Positions 30,477 to 40,590 of a stretch of DNA of 41,244 nucleotides are shown in pieces. The position numbers were made by a program, and so were the translations under genes. Origin of the DNA: an uncultured bacterium (GTDB taxonomy: Bacteria > Lernaellota > Lernaellaia > Lernaellales > Lernaellaceae). The DNA lies in contig CAZHPN010000032.1 in assembly GCA_964534375.1 (NCBI GenBank), positions 1 to 41,244 of the forward strand, in the 5' to 3' direction. The notes under the pieces were generated by a model, which had not been told where the DNA came from, did no database searches, and saw nothing but the letters and a program-made list of their open reading frames with translations. Numbering within the stretch: position 1 is the stretch's first letter; each line of letters starts with the position of its first letter.

Positions 30477-32264
30477 CTAGAGTTTTTCGAGCGGATTGAT
30501 CGGCTTCGAGTTGCGCCGCAGCCGAATCTCGTCGTCGAGCCAGGCGACGAACTCGGCGAACGGCATCGTCTTTTGTTCCTTGACCCCGTAGCGCCGCAGC
30601 GTGACGGTTTCGTTCTCTTTTTCGCGCCCGCCGAGGACCAGCACGTTCGGGACCTTCGCCGTCGACGCGTTGCGGATTTTTTTGTTGAACGAATCGTGCG
30701 AATCGTCCACCTCGACGCGCACGAAGCGGTCGTGCAGTTCCTTGCGCAGCTTGACCGCATATTCGTACATCTCCGGCGCAACCGGCACGATCAGCACTTG
30801 CAGCGGCGCCAGCCACGTCGGGAACGCGCCGCCATAGTGCTCGATCAGGAAACTGATGAAGCGCTCGTGCGTGCCCAGCGGCGCGCGGTGAATGATATAC
30901 GGAATCTTTTCCTGCCCGTCGCGGCCGATGTAGCGCAGGCTGAAGCGCTGGCCGCTGGTGAAATCGAGCTGGTTCGTCGAGGCCGTTTCCTCGCGGCCGA
31001 TGACGTTGGTGACCTGAAAGTCGATCTTCGGCCCGTAGAACGCCGCCTCGCCGGCGACCTCTTCGTAGGGCAGGCCGATTTCCTTCAGCACGTCGCGCAT
31101 GGTGACGATCGTGCTGTCCCACAGCGCCGCGTTTTCGACGAATTTGTCTTTCGTCAGGTCATGGGTCGATAGCCGCACCCAATAATTCTCCATGCCGAAC
31201 AGGTCGTAATAATACTTGTGCAGGTCCATGACCTTGACGAGTTCTTCGAGCAGGCGCTCGTCGTCGACGTACAGGTGCGCGTCGTTCATCGTCATGCCGC
31301 GCACGCGCAGCAGGCCCGCGAGTTCGCCCGATTTCTCGAAGCGGTAAACGCTGCCGTACTCCGACAGCCGCAGCGGCAGATCGCGATACGAGTGCGCCAC
31401 GGTGCGGTAGATCATGTGGTGGTGCGGGCAGTTCATCGGCTTCATGAAATACTGTTCGTTGTCGAGCTCCATCGGCGGGTACATCGAATCTTTGTAGTGC
31501 TCGAGGTGGCCCGAAATCTCGTAGAGTTCGCCGCGGGTAATGTGCGGCGTATTGACGAATTTGTATTCCTGCCGGAACTCCGCCTCGTAGGCGAGCTTTT
31601 CCAATTCGCGCCGGATCGCGCCGCCGTTTGGCAGCCACAGCGGCAGGCCTTTGCCGACCTCCTCGGCAATCGTGAATATCTGCAATTCCTTGCCGAGTTT
31701 CCGGTGATCGCGTTCCTGCGCGATCGCGCGCCGTTTCTTGAAAAGATCGAGCTCCTCTTTGGTCGCGAACGCCAGGCCGTAGATGCGCGTCATCATGACG
31801 TTGTGTTCGTCGCCGCGCCAGTACGCGCCGGCGATGCTGTCGAGCTCGAACGCGTCGGCCGGAATCTGATTTGTGCTTTCGACGTGCGGGCCCTCGCACA
31901 TGTCGACGAAGGGTCCCGATTTGTAAAAGCTGATCGCTTCGCCGGCCGCCAGGTATTCGCGGCACATCTCGATCTTGTACGGCTCGTGCGCCGCCTCCAG
32001 CTTTTGCAGCGCCTCGTCGCCCGGCAACTCGAAGCGCTCGAACGCAATATTTTGCTTGACGAAATGCTTCATCCGCTTTTCGAGCTTCGGCAAATCTTCC
32101 AGCGTGATCGGCGTCGGAAATACGAAATCGTAATAAAAGCCGGTGTCGATCGGCGGCCCGATGCCCAGTTGCGCGTCCGGGTGCAGTTCCTTCACTGCCG
32201 TCGCCAGGACGTGCGACAGGCTGTGGCGCATGCGATACAATTTGTCGTCGACGTGTTCTTTCAT
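30477..32264 (-). CDS. thrS: Threonine--tRNA ligase lacking the N-terminal TGS domain
   Basis: RHSLSH, DMCEGPH, RDHRKLGKEL, KPMNCPHH, AAFYGPKID and HRAPLGTHERF motifs; ATG at 32264. Confidence 0.97.
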   Translation of the reverse strand: MKEHVDDKLYRMRHSLSHVLATAVKELHPDAQLGIGPPIDTGFYYDFVFPTPITLEDLPKLEKRMKHFVKQNIAFERFELPGDEALQKLEAAHEPYKIEMCREYLAAGEAISFYKSGPFVDMCEGPHVESTNQIPADAFELDSIAGAYWRGDEHNVMMTRIYGLAFATKEELDLFKKRRAIAQERDHRKLGKELQIFTIAEEVGKGLPLWLPNGGAIRRELEKLAYEAEFRQEYKFVNTPHITRGELYEISGHLEHYKDSMYPPMELDNEQYFMKPMNCPHHHMIYRTVAHSYRDLPLRLSEYGSVYRFEKSGELAGLLRVRGMTMNDAHLYVDDERLLEELVKVMDLHKYYYDLFGMENYWVRLSTHDLTKDKFVENAALWDSTIVTMRDVLKEIGLPYEEVAGEAAFYGPKIDFQVTNVIGREETASTNQLDFTSGQRFSLRYIGRDGQEKIPYIIHRAPLGTHERFISFLIEHYGGAFPTWLAPLQVLIVPVAPEMYEYAVKLRKELHDRFVRVEVDDSHDSFNKKIRNASTAKVPNVLVLGGREKENETVTLRRYGVKEQKTMPFAEFVAWLDDEIRLRRNSKPINPLEKL

Positions 32265-32490
32265 GTTAAACTCCTCTCTTCCCCCCAACCTCGGGGGAAC
32301 GGTGACGCGATACTATAACGAGATTGAAGTCGCCGGAATAGAGGCTCGGAAGTCGATAACTCGGGAAATATGGAGGCCGAAAGGCTGACACTACCGGGAG
32401 GGCGATTCGGCATGTTTCATTTTCGCTATTGACGCTGCCGCCCCTCGTTCTGCATTCTATCGGTGTGCAATCAGGGTCGACGAGGGTTGG

Positions 32491-32802
32491 ATGAATCGAA
32501 ACTTCACCGTGCCGCGCGAAGCTGTGGCAGAATTTTGCCGGAAATGGCGCATCGCGGAATTCGCGCTTTTCGGATCGGTCTTGCGAGAAGATTTTTCCCC
32601 ACGGAGCGACGTCGATGTGCTGGTCACGTTCTCCGATGACGCTCGCTGGTCGCTGTTCGATTTTAATGCGATGCGCGAGGAGTTGACCGCGATCTTCGGC
32701 CGGAATGTGGATCTCGTGAGCCGTCGCGGTTTGGAGCGGAGTCGAAATTATCTGCGCCGCGAGGCCATTCTCGGCTCGCTCGAGATTCTGTATGCCGCGT
32801 GA
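32491..32802 (+). CDS. Minimal nucleotidyltransferase antitoxin (MntA-like)
   Basis: LFGSVLREDFSPRSDVDVLV (GS-x10-DxD) and FGRNVDLV motifs. Confidence 0.92.
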   Translation: MNRNFTVPREAVAEFCRKWRIAEFALFGSVLREDFSPRSDVDVLVTFSDDARWSLFDFNAMREELTAIFGRNVDLVSRRGLERSRNYLRREAILGSLEILYAA

Positions 32803-33133
32803 CCGCGTTTATCTGCTCGACATCTTGGAGGCCGCGCGCGGCGCGATGCGGTATGTTGCAGGCAAGACACGGACGGAGTTCATGTCGGACGAGCAGTGCC
32901 AGGATGCCGTGATTCGTCGACTGGAAATTGTCGGCGAGGCCGCGCGACGGGTCTCGGACGAGGCCCGCCGCCAGCATGATTCCGTTCCCTGGCGAGACAT
33001 CGTCGGCTTTCGCAATGTTCTGATTCATCAATATGACGGCGTGGATCTGACGCTGGTTTGGGAAACCGTCCAGAATCAGCTTCCGCTTTTGATCGAGACT
33101 CTCGAAAAAATCATCGAATCAGAATCCGCGTGA
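32792..33133 (+). CDS. HEPN (DUF86, HepT-like) ribonuclease toxin
   Basis: DAVIRRLEIVGEAA and PWRDIVGFRNVLIHQY (Rx4HxY); overlaps the MNT gene. Confidence 0.92.
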   Translation: MPRDRVYLLDILEAARGAMRYVAGKTRTEFMSDEQCQDAVIRRLEIVGEAARRVSDEARRQHDSVPWRDIVGFRNVLIHQYDGVDLTLVWETVQNQLPLLIETLEKIIESESA

Positions 33134-33207
33134 CGCCGGTTTTGTGTGGACGCTGCAATCCACGATGGGCCCCGCCGCGCATCGTCGCCACGCTTGCCGC
33201 GTGGCCG

Positions 33208-33281
33208 CAGTCGCTCAGCCTCCCGGTCTCTCACTCTCTCAGCCCCCCAGTCGCCCAGTCTCTCGCAGCCTCTCAGCCTCT
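33208..33281. repeat. Degenerate octamer array (CAGYCTCT-like)
   Basis: cagtcgct cagcctcc cggtctct cactctct cagccccc cagtcgcc cagtctct ... cagcctct cagcctct; overlaps the 3' end of the radical SAM gene. Confidence 0.6.
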
Positions 33282-35782
33282 TTTAAGACCGCCCCGGTTT
33301 TCCTTAGGGCGTACGGCGGCACGGCGCCCTCGGGCAGGCCGAGCAGCAATTCGGCGAGCCGCGCCGGGCGGACAGCGGCTTCGCTGTGCGTGTGGCGCAC
33401 GCGGAACACCAGCGCGTCGCCGGCGACGGTCGCCTGCTCGACGAGCGGCCGGGCGTCGACGGTCTTCGTTCGGTTTTTCCGCGTCACCGCTTGCGGGCAG
33501 GCGTCGCGCGCTAGAAACGCGGCGACGGCCGCGGCGAAATCGCCCGCCGGCAGGCCGGTCAGGTCCACGTGGAACTCGAAACCGACGATGACCTCGAACA
33601 GGCCCGGCGCGTTCTCCGGCGGGCGGCGAACTTCCAAGACCGCCAGGCCGAACGGCAGGGCGTCGCCGAGCCGCGCCGCGAGTTCGTCGTCGGCGACGGG
33701 CTCGTCGAGCGCCAGGTCCACCCACTCCGCAACGCTGGCCGCGCCGACGGCCAGCGGTGGGCCGAAGGCGAGGCGCGGCAGCGGGTGAAAGCCCTCGCCG
33801 TACGGCACGGGCAGGTCGGCCCGGCGCAAGGCGCGCGAGAAGATCTTCACCAGCTCGAGGTGCGACAGCCATTTGGCCGGGCCGTCCTTGCCGAAGCGCA
33901 CCCAGCGGCGATGGCGCGGCGGCGACGTGGCGGACGCGACCTTCTTGATTTGCGGCGGGCCGAGTTCCGCCGCGGGCGGGGTGAATTGCGCGGCGACGGC
34001 GCCGCCGCAGACGCCGCAGCTTTGGCATTGGCCGGTGCGGCAGTCGGGGGTGATCTCGCCGGCGAGGGCGCGATCGCGTTCGGCGCGGAAGAACTCGGGC
34101 GTCACGCCGATGTCGACGCCGGACCACGGCAGCGGCTCGTCGTCGCCGAACGAGCGCGTCGCGAGCGCGGTCAGATCGAGGCCGGCGTCGGCGAAGGCGC
34201 GGGTCCATTGGCGAAAATCGAAGTGTTCGGTCCAGCCGGCGAAGCGCGCGCCGGCGCGGTAGGCGCGTTCGACGGCGTCGGCGACGCGGCCGTCGGCGCG
34301 GGCCAGCGCCGCTTCGAGCAGGCTCATATCCGACTGCGGCCGGCGGAAGGTCACGCCGCCGCGGAACAGGCCCTCGGGCAACAGCGCCAGGCGCGCGCGG
34401 AGTTCGTCGGGGGCCGCCAGGCCGAAGCGTTCGAACGGCGTGTACGGCTTGGGCACGAAGATGCTGACCGTGACGTTGACGCGGGCGCGGGCGCGGCGGC
34501 GGCGGCCGGCGCGGAAGACGCGTTCGACCAGCGCCGGAATCGCCGCGACGTCGGCCGCCGTTTCGGTGGGCAGGCCGATCATGAAGTACAGCTTGAGCAG
34601 TTCCCAGCCGGCGGCGAAAACGCGGTCGGCCGAATCGACGATCTCGTCGTCGGCGATCGGCTTGTTGAGGGCGCGCCGCAGCCGTTCGGTCCCCGCCTCG
34701 GGCGCGATCGTGAACCCGGTGCGGCGCACCTGGCCGATCGACGCCGCCAGTTCGCCGCGCAGCGATTCGACGCGCAGGCTCGGCAGCGACATCGCCACGC
34801 GGGCCGGCGCGAGCTCCGCCGTGAGGTAGGGCAGCACGGTTTGCACGGGCGACCAGTCGCCGGTCGAGAGCGACAGGAAGCTGACCTCGTCGTGGCCCGT
34901 CGCCGCCAGACCCCGGCGCGTCAGCTCAACGACCTTCGGCCCGCTGCGTTCGCGCGCCGGCCGGTAGAAGTAGCCCGCCTGGCAGAAGCGGCAGCCGCGC
35001 AGGCAGCCGCGCATGACCTCGATCGCCAGCCGATCGTGCACCGCCGGCGCGTTCGACAGCAGCGCGGCGCACGGGGCCGGCGCGGTTTCGAGATCCGTCT
35101 CGATCTGCCGCCGGACCCGCGGCGGCTCGCCCGGCGCCAGGTCGAAGCCGGCGAACGCGTCGGCGGCGAAACGCGGCCGGCGGCGGTGCGGCAGGTAGAC
35201 GCCGGGCATCTCGCCCAGGGCCGCCAGCCGGGCGGCGCGCGCGAGGCCCCGCGCCTTGGCCGCGCGCAGCGTCTGGGCGATGGCGACGATTGCGCGGTCG
35301 GCGTCGCCGATGAAGAGGGCGTCGAAGAACGGGGCCCACGGCTCGGGGTTGGCGGCGACGGGCCCGCCGGCGAGCACGAGCGGCGCGTCCTCGCCGCGGT
35401 CGGCGGCGCGCAGCGGCACGCGGGCGAGGTCGAGAATCTGCAGCACGCCGGTCGCGCACAACTCGTATTGCAGCGTGACGCCGATCGCGTCGCAGCGCGC
35501 CAGCGGCGTCTGCGTTTCGAGCGTAAAGAGCGGCAGGCCGCGCGCGCGCAACTCGGCTTCCATGTCGGGCCACGGCGCATAGACGCGTTCGGCGGCGCAC
35601 CAGGGCAGATCGTTCAGCGCGGCGTAGAGCACCTGATAGCCGTGGTGGCTCATGCCGATCTCGTACGCGTCCGGAAACGCCAGCGCGATCCGCAGCTCGG
35701 CGGACTCCTTCCGCCGCGCGCCGATCTCGCCGCCGATGTACCGCGACGGTTTCTCCACCCGCGCCAATAGCGCGTCCAGCAT
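33239..35782 (-). CDS. TIGR03960-type radical SAM protein fused to a DUF2344 (TIGR03936-like) domain
   Basis: VEKPSRYIGGE, FPDAYEIGMSH, RGCLRGCRFCQAG and DCRTGQCQSCGVC motifs; C-terminal KWLSHLEL...EGFHPLPRLAFGPPL. Confidence 0.9.
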   Translation of the reverse strand: MLDALLARVEKPSRYIGGEIGARRKESAELRIALAFPDAYEIGMSHHGYQVLYAALNDLPWCAAERVYAPWPDMEAELRARGLPLFTLETQTPLARCDAIGVTLQYELCATGVLQILDLARVPLRAADRGEDAPLVLAGGPVAANPEPWAPFFDALFIGDADRAIVAIAQTLRAAKARGLARAARLAALGEMPGVYLPHRRRPRFAADAFAGFDLAPGEPPRVRRQIETDLETAPAPCAALLSNAPAVHDRLAIEVMRGCLRGCRFCQAGYFYRPARERSGPKVVELTRRGLAATGHDEVSFLSLSTGDWSPVQTVLPYLTAELAPARVAMSLPSLRVESLRGELAASIGQVRRTGFTIAPEAGTERLRRALNKPIADDEIVDSADRVFAAGWELLKLYFMIGLPTETAADVAAIPALVERVFRAGRRRRARARVNVTVSIFVPKPYTPFERFGLAAPDELRARLALLPEGLFRGGVTFRRPQSDMSLLEAALARADGRVADAVERAYRAGARFAGWTEHFDFRQWTRAFADAGLDLTALATRSFGDDEPLPWSGVDIGVTPEFFRAERDRALAGEITPDCRTGQCQSCGVCGGAVAAQFTPPAAELGPPQIKKVASATSPPRHRRWVRFGKDGPAKWLSHLELVKIFSRALRRADLPVPYGEGFHPLPRLAFGPPLAVGAASVAEWVDLALDEPVADDELAARLGDALPFGLAVLEVRRPPENAPGLFEVIVGFEFHVDLTGLPAGDFAAAVAAFLARDACPQAVTRKNRTKTVDARPLVEQATVAGDALVFRVRHTHSEAAVRPARLAELLLGLPEGAVPPYALRKTGAVLKEAERLRETGRLGG

Positions 35783-35854
35783 AGGCGCCTCCGTTCGCCG
35801 AAGCGGCGACCGGCGCCACTATGCCCGCTTTCGGTCGGCCGAGGCAACCGGCCG

Positions 35855-35876
35855 ACAGTGAACAGTGAACAGTGAA
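35855..35876. repeat. Heptamer repeat (ACAGTGA)3
   Basis: Three perfect copies read directly. Confidence 0.75.
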
Positions 35877-35961
35877 ACAAGGTCGACGCGGCGACCGGTG
35901 TGTGGCGTGGTCGTTGTTACCTCGCGACCGGCAGCGCCGGCCACGCGTCGATGCGCGAGCG

Positions 35962-36038
35962 CCGGAACCCGGAACCCGGAACCCGAATCCCGGAACCCGA
36001 ATCCCGGACCCCGAGTCCCGAGTCCCGAATCCCGAATC
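35962..36038. repeat. Heptamer array, 11 units (CCGGAAC/CCGAATC/CCGAGTC)
   Basis: Continuous 7-nt period read directly. Confidence 0.9.
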
Positions 36039-36394
36039 CCGCCCAAATTGGCTTTGTTTGGTAATTTTGCCTAAATTGGCCGCTTGAACGCCGCCATATA
36101 TCCGCGATCGCGGCGGGGAAAATGACATTGCCAGCCATCGGCGGGCGATAAATGATCTCAAAAATAACTGCAAGGAAAAGCGCGGTCGCGGCGGCGCCCC
36201 GACCATCGCGCCAACTTCATCTGTAAGAGCGCCCCCCGCCTCCGCCTGCGCCGGGGCAGGCTCTTCGCGGGGGCAGGCTTTTCCAGGCGCGATTCGACAG
36301 ATCGCACCCGGAAGGGTGCTTTTGCAGAAGACGGATCGGCGGCGCCGGCGCTTTTTCGGGGCCGGAGTTCCCGTGCGGCGGGCGCGACCGCCCG

Positions 36395-36429
36395 CGGGGA
36401 ACGCTTGCCCGGCGGCAAATCGTTTGCCG
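36395..36429. promoter_or_regulatory. Tandem 17-bp palindromes, candidate enhancer sites
   Basis: CGGGGAA-CGC-TTGCCCG and CGGCAAA-TCG-TTTGCCG, about 85-115 bp upstream of a sigma54 promoter. Confidence 0.55.
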
Positions 36430-36511
36430 AAGTCGTCCGTTCGTGGCGAAAAAGCATTTGCCGCCAAGCGGTTAGCGACGGCCGCAAAAAGGCGCCAATT
36501 TGCCGGCATTT

Positions 36512-36527
36512 TGGCGCGGGTCTTGCA
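36512..36527 (+). promoter_or_regulatory. sigma54 promoter
   Basis: TGGCGCGGGTCTTGCA (GG-N10-GC). Confidence 0.7.
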
Positions 36528-36669
36528 CCGCCATACGGCAACGGTCGAGCGCGGCGCGAGCGAGGGGAGGCGGGCGCGTCACCATCGGCCGTCAGGAAAA
36601 AACCAGGGGTGATCGGGCGCCGCCGGCCGCGGTGGGGGCGGCGCCGGCCCGTTTTCTGGGCGAAATGGG

Positions 36670-38256
36670 ATGATGAAAAAGCCAAAACGAGTCGTAGCGG
36701 CGATGGTGATTTTCGCGCTGGCGTGCGCGCCGTTTCTCTCCGCCTGCGCGAGCCGGACCAGCCATGCCGACTGCGCCGCCTGCGCGGCGCAGGCCGCCGC
36801 CGGCTACTACGACGTCAATCAAATCAAGGGATATCTCGCAAGCAACATTTCCGCGTTTGCCGGCAGCATTGCCATCGGCAACGACCGGCCGTCGTTCCTG
36901 ACGAAGGCGATGGTGCACCTCGCCCTGGGCGACCGGGCGGGCGCGGCGCAAACGCTGGACGATTACGACTGCGTGTATCCGAACACGGGCGAGAGCGCGC
37001 TGCTCCGGGCGATGATCTTGGCCTGCGGAAACAGCGGCGCCTCGGCGGTCGTGCCGCTGCTGCAACAGGCGCTGGACACCGGCGTTTGGGACATGAGCAC
37101 CGGAGAATTCTGGGGATTTATCGAGTCGTCCGGCGTCTTCGACAACTATCTGGGGAATGCGCAGTCGGACGAGTTTCGCGAGTTTCTTTCCCAAAAGGGA
37201 AAGGTCGAATTGCCCGCGCCGGAGGGCCTGACGCCGCGTTTGCGGAACAGCGATTGGGGCAAAAGCGAATGGGACACGTCATGGCACAGCCTTTATCTCT
37301 ATGTGGGCCACGAGTATGTCCCGCTTTTGACCAACGCGTTGAAGCTGGCCGAGGAGATGGCGCATTTCATCGGGGTGATCACCGAGCTTGATTTTCTCTT
37401 CGTGCCGATCGCGATGGTGATCGCGGTGCAGCACGCCCGGATCGAGGATGCGGACGGCGGCTGCGGCGTCGAGCTGGCCTGGTTTTGGCCCCAGCTTTTC
37501 GGCGCGTTGATCGCACTGTTCCGGCTGGATTCGCAGGGCGAAGATTGCAAAGGGGCCACGCAATGCGATCCGCCCGCCGGCCTGACCGTTAATTTTGATC
37601 CGACCAAACCCGTCCGTTTCGGCGACTCGCTTGCGTTCACCGCGTCGGCGGTGGAATTCCCCGCCCAATATATGTTCCGCTTCACCTACCCCGGGCAGTC
37701 TTTTGCCCCGCGCGAGACCGACTGGCTCGACGGCAACGTGTTTGCGACCGCCGCGAAGTGGACGACGAAATGCAACGACTGCGACGTGACGGCGCACGCC
37801 CTGACGCGCAACCGGCGCACCCGGAAAACGTGCGGCGAGGCGCCCAACACCGTCACGTACCACATCTACGACCCGAACCCGTATATCGAGAAGATCACCG
37901 GATTCACGTACAACGAGAGCGAGGAGTGGCTGCCCTGCAATGCCGATTTCGACATGACAATCACTCCGGTCGGGGGACAGTGCATCATCCAGGAACAATG
38001 TGCGGGCCCGGACGGCGCAGGCCCCATGTGGCGGTGGGTCCCCTTCGTCAATTCCGTCGAGAACAGCCGGAAAGCCTATGTGAATCCGTACCGTTTCAAT
38101 CCGGCCCGGATCTGCAAGCAACAAAAATGGGTCAAGCCGGGGGATACGCTGCAATTTCAGGTCTGGGCGTATTGCGGCGACCAGCAGCAGTATGCCACGA
38201 GCGCGTGGACCAAGATCTTCACCTTCCAGGACGACCAGAGTTCGACGAAGAAATAG
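36670..38256 (+). CDS. Uncharacterised exported protein, probable lipoprotein (528 aa)
   Basis: Basic N-terminus, hydrophobic stretch and LSAC lipobox; helical N-domain, central hydrophobic segments and a Cys-containing beta-rich C-terminal half. Confidence 0.75.
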   Translation: MMKKPKRVVAAMVIFALACAPFLSACASRTSHADCAACAAQAAAGYYDVNQIKGYLASNISAFAGSIAIGNDRPSFLTKAMVHLALGDRAGAAQTLDDYDCVYPNTGESALLRAMILACGNSGASAVVPLLQQALDTGVWDMSTGEFWGFIESSGVFDNYLGNAQSDEFREFLSQKGKVELPAPEGLTPRLRNSDWGKSEWDTSWHSLYLYVGHEYVPLLTNALKLAEEMAHFIGVITELDFLFVPIAMVIAVQHARIEDADGGCGVELAWFWPQLFGALIALFRLDSQGEDCKGATQCDPPAGLTVNFDPTKPVRFGDSLAFTASAVEFPAQYMFRFTYPGQSFAPRETDWLDGNVFATAAKWTTKCNDCDVTAHALTRNRRTRKTCGEAPNTVTYHIYDPNPYIEKITGFTYNESEEWLPCNADFDMTITPVGGQCIIQEQCAGPDGAGPMWRWVPFVNSVENSRKAYVNPYRFNPARICKQQKWVKPGDTLQFQVWAYCGDQQQYATSAWTKIFTFQDDQSSTKK

Positions 38257-38290
38257 AAATTCGAGGTTGTCTCCGGGCCTCACGCGGAGA

Positions 38291-38627
38291 CGGCCGCAAC
38301 GCGTCGCGCGGGACCGCGCGCTACGCGTTCCGGCCGCGCCCTTCTCTGTACTACTAACGGTTCGTTTCTTGTTCTTGCGCCACGATTTTCGTTGCACCGT
38401 TGTTGCGCCTGGGAATAATGGGACTTATGGGACCAATGGGACTCATGGGATTGTCGGCGCCGTGCCCGTTCGCCAACCGGGCGCAATGAAACCACGCCGG
38501 CCCCGCGCCGGTTCATTCCGCAATCCGCAATCCGCAATCCGAAATTCGGTTGCGGCTTTGCCGCGCTGTGCTCTCTGTGTCCGCCCTCTGTGCCCTCTGT
38601 GTTTAGCGTGACCCGTCATGCCGGCCA
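38291..38627. repeat. Composite hairpin element, copy 1, with internal 9-mer and 7-mer arrays
   Basis: 47-nt hairpin core 38291-38337; ATGGGAC-type 9-mers 38408-38452; TCCGCAA 7-mers 38517-38544; blocks 38564-38581 and 38611-38627 are identical to copy 2. Confidence 0.75.
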
Positions 38628-38841
38628 ATGACCGTTGACAGCAAGGACCGGGTTGCCTAACTATGAAATCCACAACCGCCTTTCGGGAACTTTCGACTGA
38701 GTTCGGGACACGCTCATCTTCGACCGGATCGCCCGCGAAACGGCGGGGCTTTCCGGGGCAAACGGACGAACCGAGAAAGAGATTTCCTGGCGATGAAACA
38801 GTGACCGACGAAAGCGATCAGATCGAGGGAGGGGATGACGT

Positions 38842-39486
38842 ATGACGACTCCCCCCGCGCGCCCCAAGCTGCACCACATCGTCCATGCCGACCGCCTGCC
38901 GTCAATCGTGGCCGATCAAGGCCTTTGGTGCGACTCCGAGGTTATGCGGCGCGCGCCCGCCGGCACGATCATCGGCATGAGCGCGATCAAACTACGGCGT
39001 CTAAACGAGCTACGCCTGGCCAGTCACCCGGACCTGCGCGTGGGCGACTGTGTTCCCTTTTACTTCTGCCCGCGTTCAGTAATGCTGTACGTGATCTCTC
39101 AGGCCAATCACCCGGAACTCGAATATCGGGGCGGCCAGGATCCGATCATCCACCTTGAAGCCGATCTGCAGTCGGTCGTTGCCTGGGCAAACCGGCGGGG
39201 CCAACGCTGGGCTTTCACCCTGTCGAATGCCGGCGCCTTCTACTTCGAAGATCGCCACGACCTGGTTCATTTGAATGAAATCGATTGGAACGCCGTCCAG
39301 GCGAGAGAGTGGCGGAACTCCAAGGAGGGCAAACAGGCTGAATTCCTGCTTGAGCGCAGCTTCCCTTGGCATCTGGTGGAGCGCATCGGGGTGATTTCGG
39401 AGACTATATATTACCAAGTAGCCAGAGCGCTGCCCGCGAAAGGGCATCGGCCGGTGGTTGAGATTCTCCGCGAGTGGTATTACTAA
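38842..39486 (+). CDS. darT: DNA ADP-ribosyltransferase toxin DarT (DUF4433)
   Basis: HIVHADRLPSI, VPFYFCPRSVMLY, FTLSNAGA and catalytic KQAEFL motifs. Confidence 0.92.
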   Translation: MTTPPARPKLHHIVHADRLPSIVADQGLWCDSEVMRRAPAGTIIGMSAIKLRRLNELRLASHPDLRVGDCVPFYFCPRSVMLYVISQANHPELEYRGGQDPIIHLEADLQSVVAWANRRGQRWAFTLSNAGAFYFEDRHDLVHLNEIDWNAVQAREWRNSKEGKQAEFLLERSFPWHLVERIGVISETIYYQVARALPAKGHRPVVEILREWYY

Positions 39487-39503
39487 TTGGCGAGGCGTTG
39501 GCC

Positions 39504-40568
39504 ATGATCGAATTCAGAACCGGCGACATCCTGAAATGCGAGGCGGAAGCGCTCGTTAACACCGTCAACTGCGTTGGTGTGATGGGCCGCGGCATCGCGC
39601 TCCAGTTCAAGAACGCCTTTCGCGGGAATTTCCAGGCCTATGCGGCGGCGTGCAAACGCGGCCAGGTGCAACCAGGGCGGATGTTTGTGTTCGAAACCGG
39701 GCAACTGACGCCGCCTCGTTATATCGTCAACTTCCCGACCAAGCGCCACTGGCGCGGCAAGAGCCGCATCGAGGACATCGAGGCAGGGTTGTTGGCGCTT
39801 GCCGAAGTGATTCGGTCGCACCACATGAAATCGATCGCGCTCCCGCCGCTGGGCAGCGGCCTCGGCGGGCTTGACTGGGCGGCCGAGGTCCGGCCGCGGG
39901 TGGAAGCGGCGTTGGGCTCGCTTTTCGGGGTGAAAGTGTTGGTCTTCGAACCGCAAGGAGCGCCTTCATCCGACAACATGCAGCACCGCCGGGAGGCGCC
40001 GAATATGACGGCCGGCCGTGCGGCGCTCGTGGAGCTGATGCACCGGTATCTGGGCGGGTTGCTCGATCCCTTTGTCACGTTGTTGGAAATGCACAAGCTG
40101 ATGTACTTCATGCAAGAGGCCGGTGAGCCGCTGCGCTTGCGGTTTGCGAAGGCTGCCTACGGACCGTACGCCGAGAACCTGCGCCACGTGCTGCACGCTA
40201 TTGAAGGACATCTGATCGCCGGTTACGACGATGGCGGCGATGCGCCGAACAAGCAAATTTCCCTCGTGCCTGGCGCCGTCGAGGATGCGACGGCATTTCT
40301 GGCGCAACACGCCGATACGCTCCGTCGTTCCGATAGAGTGGCTGATCTGGTCGAGGGATTTGAGTCCGCGTTCGGCATGGAGCTTCTCTCGACGGTTCAC
40401 TGGGTGATGACTCGCGAGAATGCGCGCACGCTTGACGAGGTGATTGCTCGCACCTACGAATGGAACGCGCGAAAACGACAGTTCTCCCTGCGCCAAATCG
40501 GTCTCGCGATTGACGCGCTCACGAGGAAGGGCTGGATTGCTGCACCCGCGCGAGAAAGCGCGGTCTGA
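39504..40568 (+). CDS. darG: Macrodomain antitoxin DarG (DarTG2 type)
   Basis: GDILKCEAEALVNTVNCVGVMGRGIALQFK, NFPTKRHWR and SIALPPLGSGLGGLDW; C-terminal HKLMYFMQ...YGPY...MELLSTVHW. Confidence 0.93.
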   Translation: MIEFRTGDILKCEAEALVNTVNCVGVMGRGIALQFKNAFRGNFQAYAAACKRGQVQPGRMFVFETGQLTPPRYIVNFPTKRHWRGKSRIEDIEAGLLALAEVIRSHHMKSIALPPLGSGLGGLDWAAEVRPRVEAALGSLFGVKVLVFEPQGAPSSDNMQHRREAPNMTAGRAALVELMHRYLGGLLDPFVTLLEMHKLMYFMQEAGEPLRLRFAKAAYGPYAENLRHVLHAIEGHLIAGYDDGGDAPNKQISLVPGAVEDATAFLAQHADTLRRSDRVADLVEGFESAFGMELLSTVHWVMTRENARTLDEVIARTYEWNARKRQFSLRQIGLAIDALTRKGWIAAPARESAV

Positions 40569-40590
40569 CGACCGGCGGTTTGATTCCGTT

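Noticed and set aside
32265..32490. T-box or other leader RNA upstream of thrS
   Set aside because: No T-box consensus or terminator/antiterminator seen; only a short hairpin near the RBS.
38663..38845. 60-aa ORF overlapping the darT start as a third component
   Set aside because: No recognisable motif or RBS; the overlap may be chance, though a leaderless peptide cannot be excluded.
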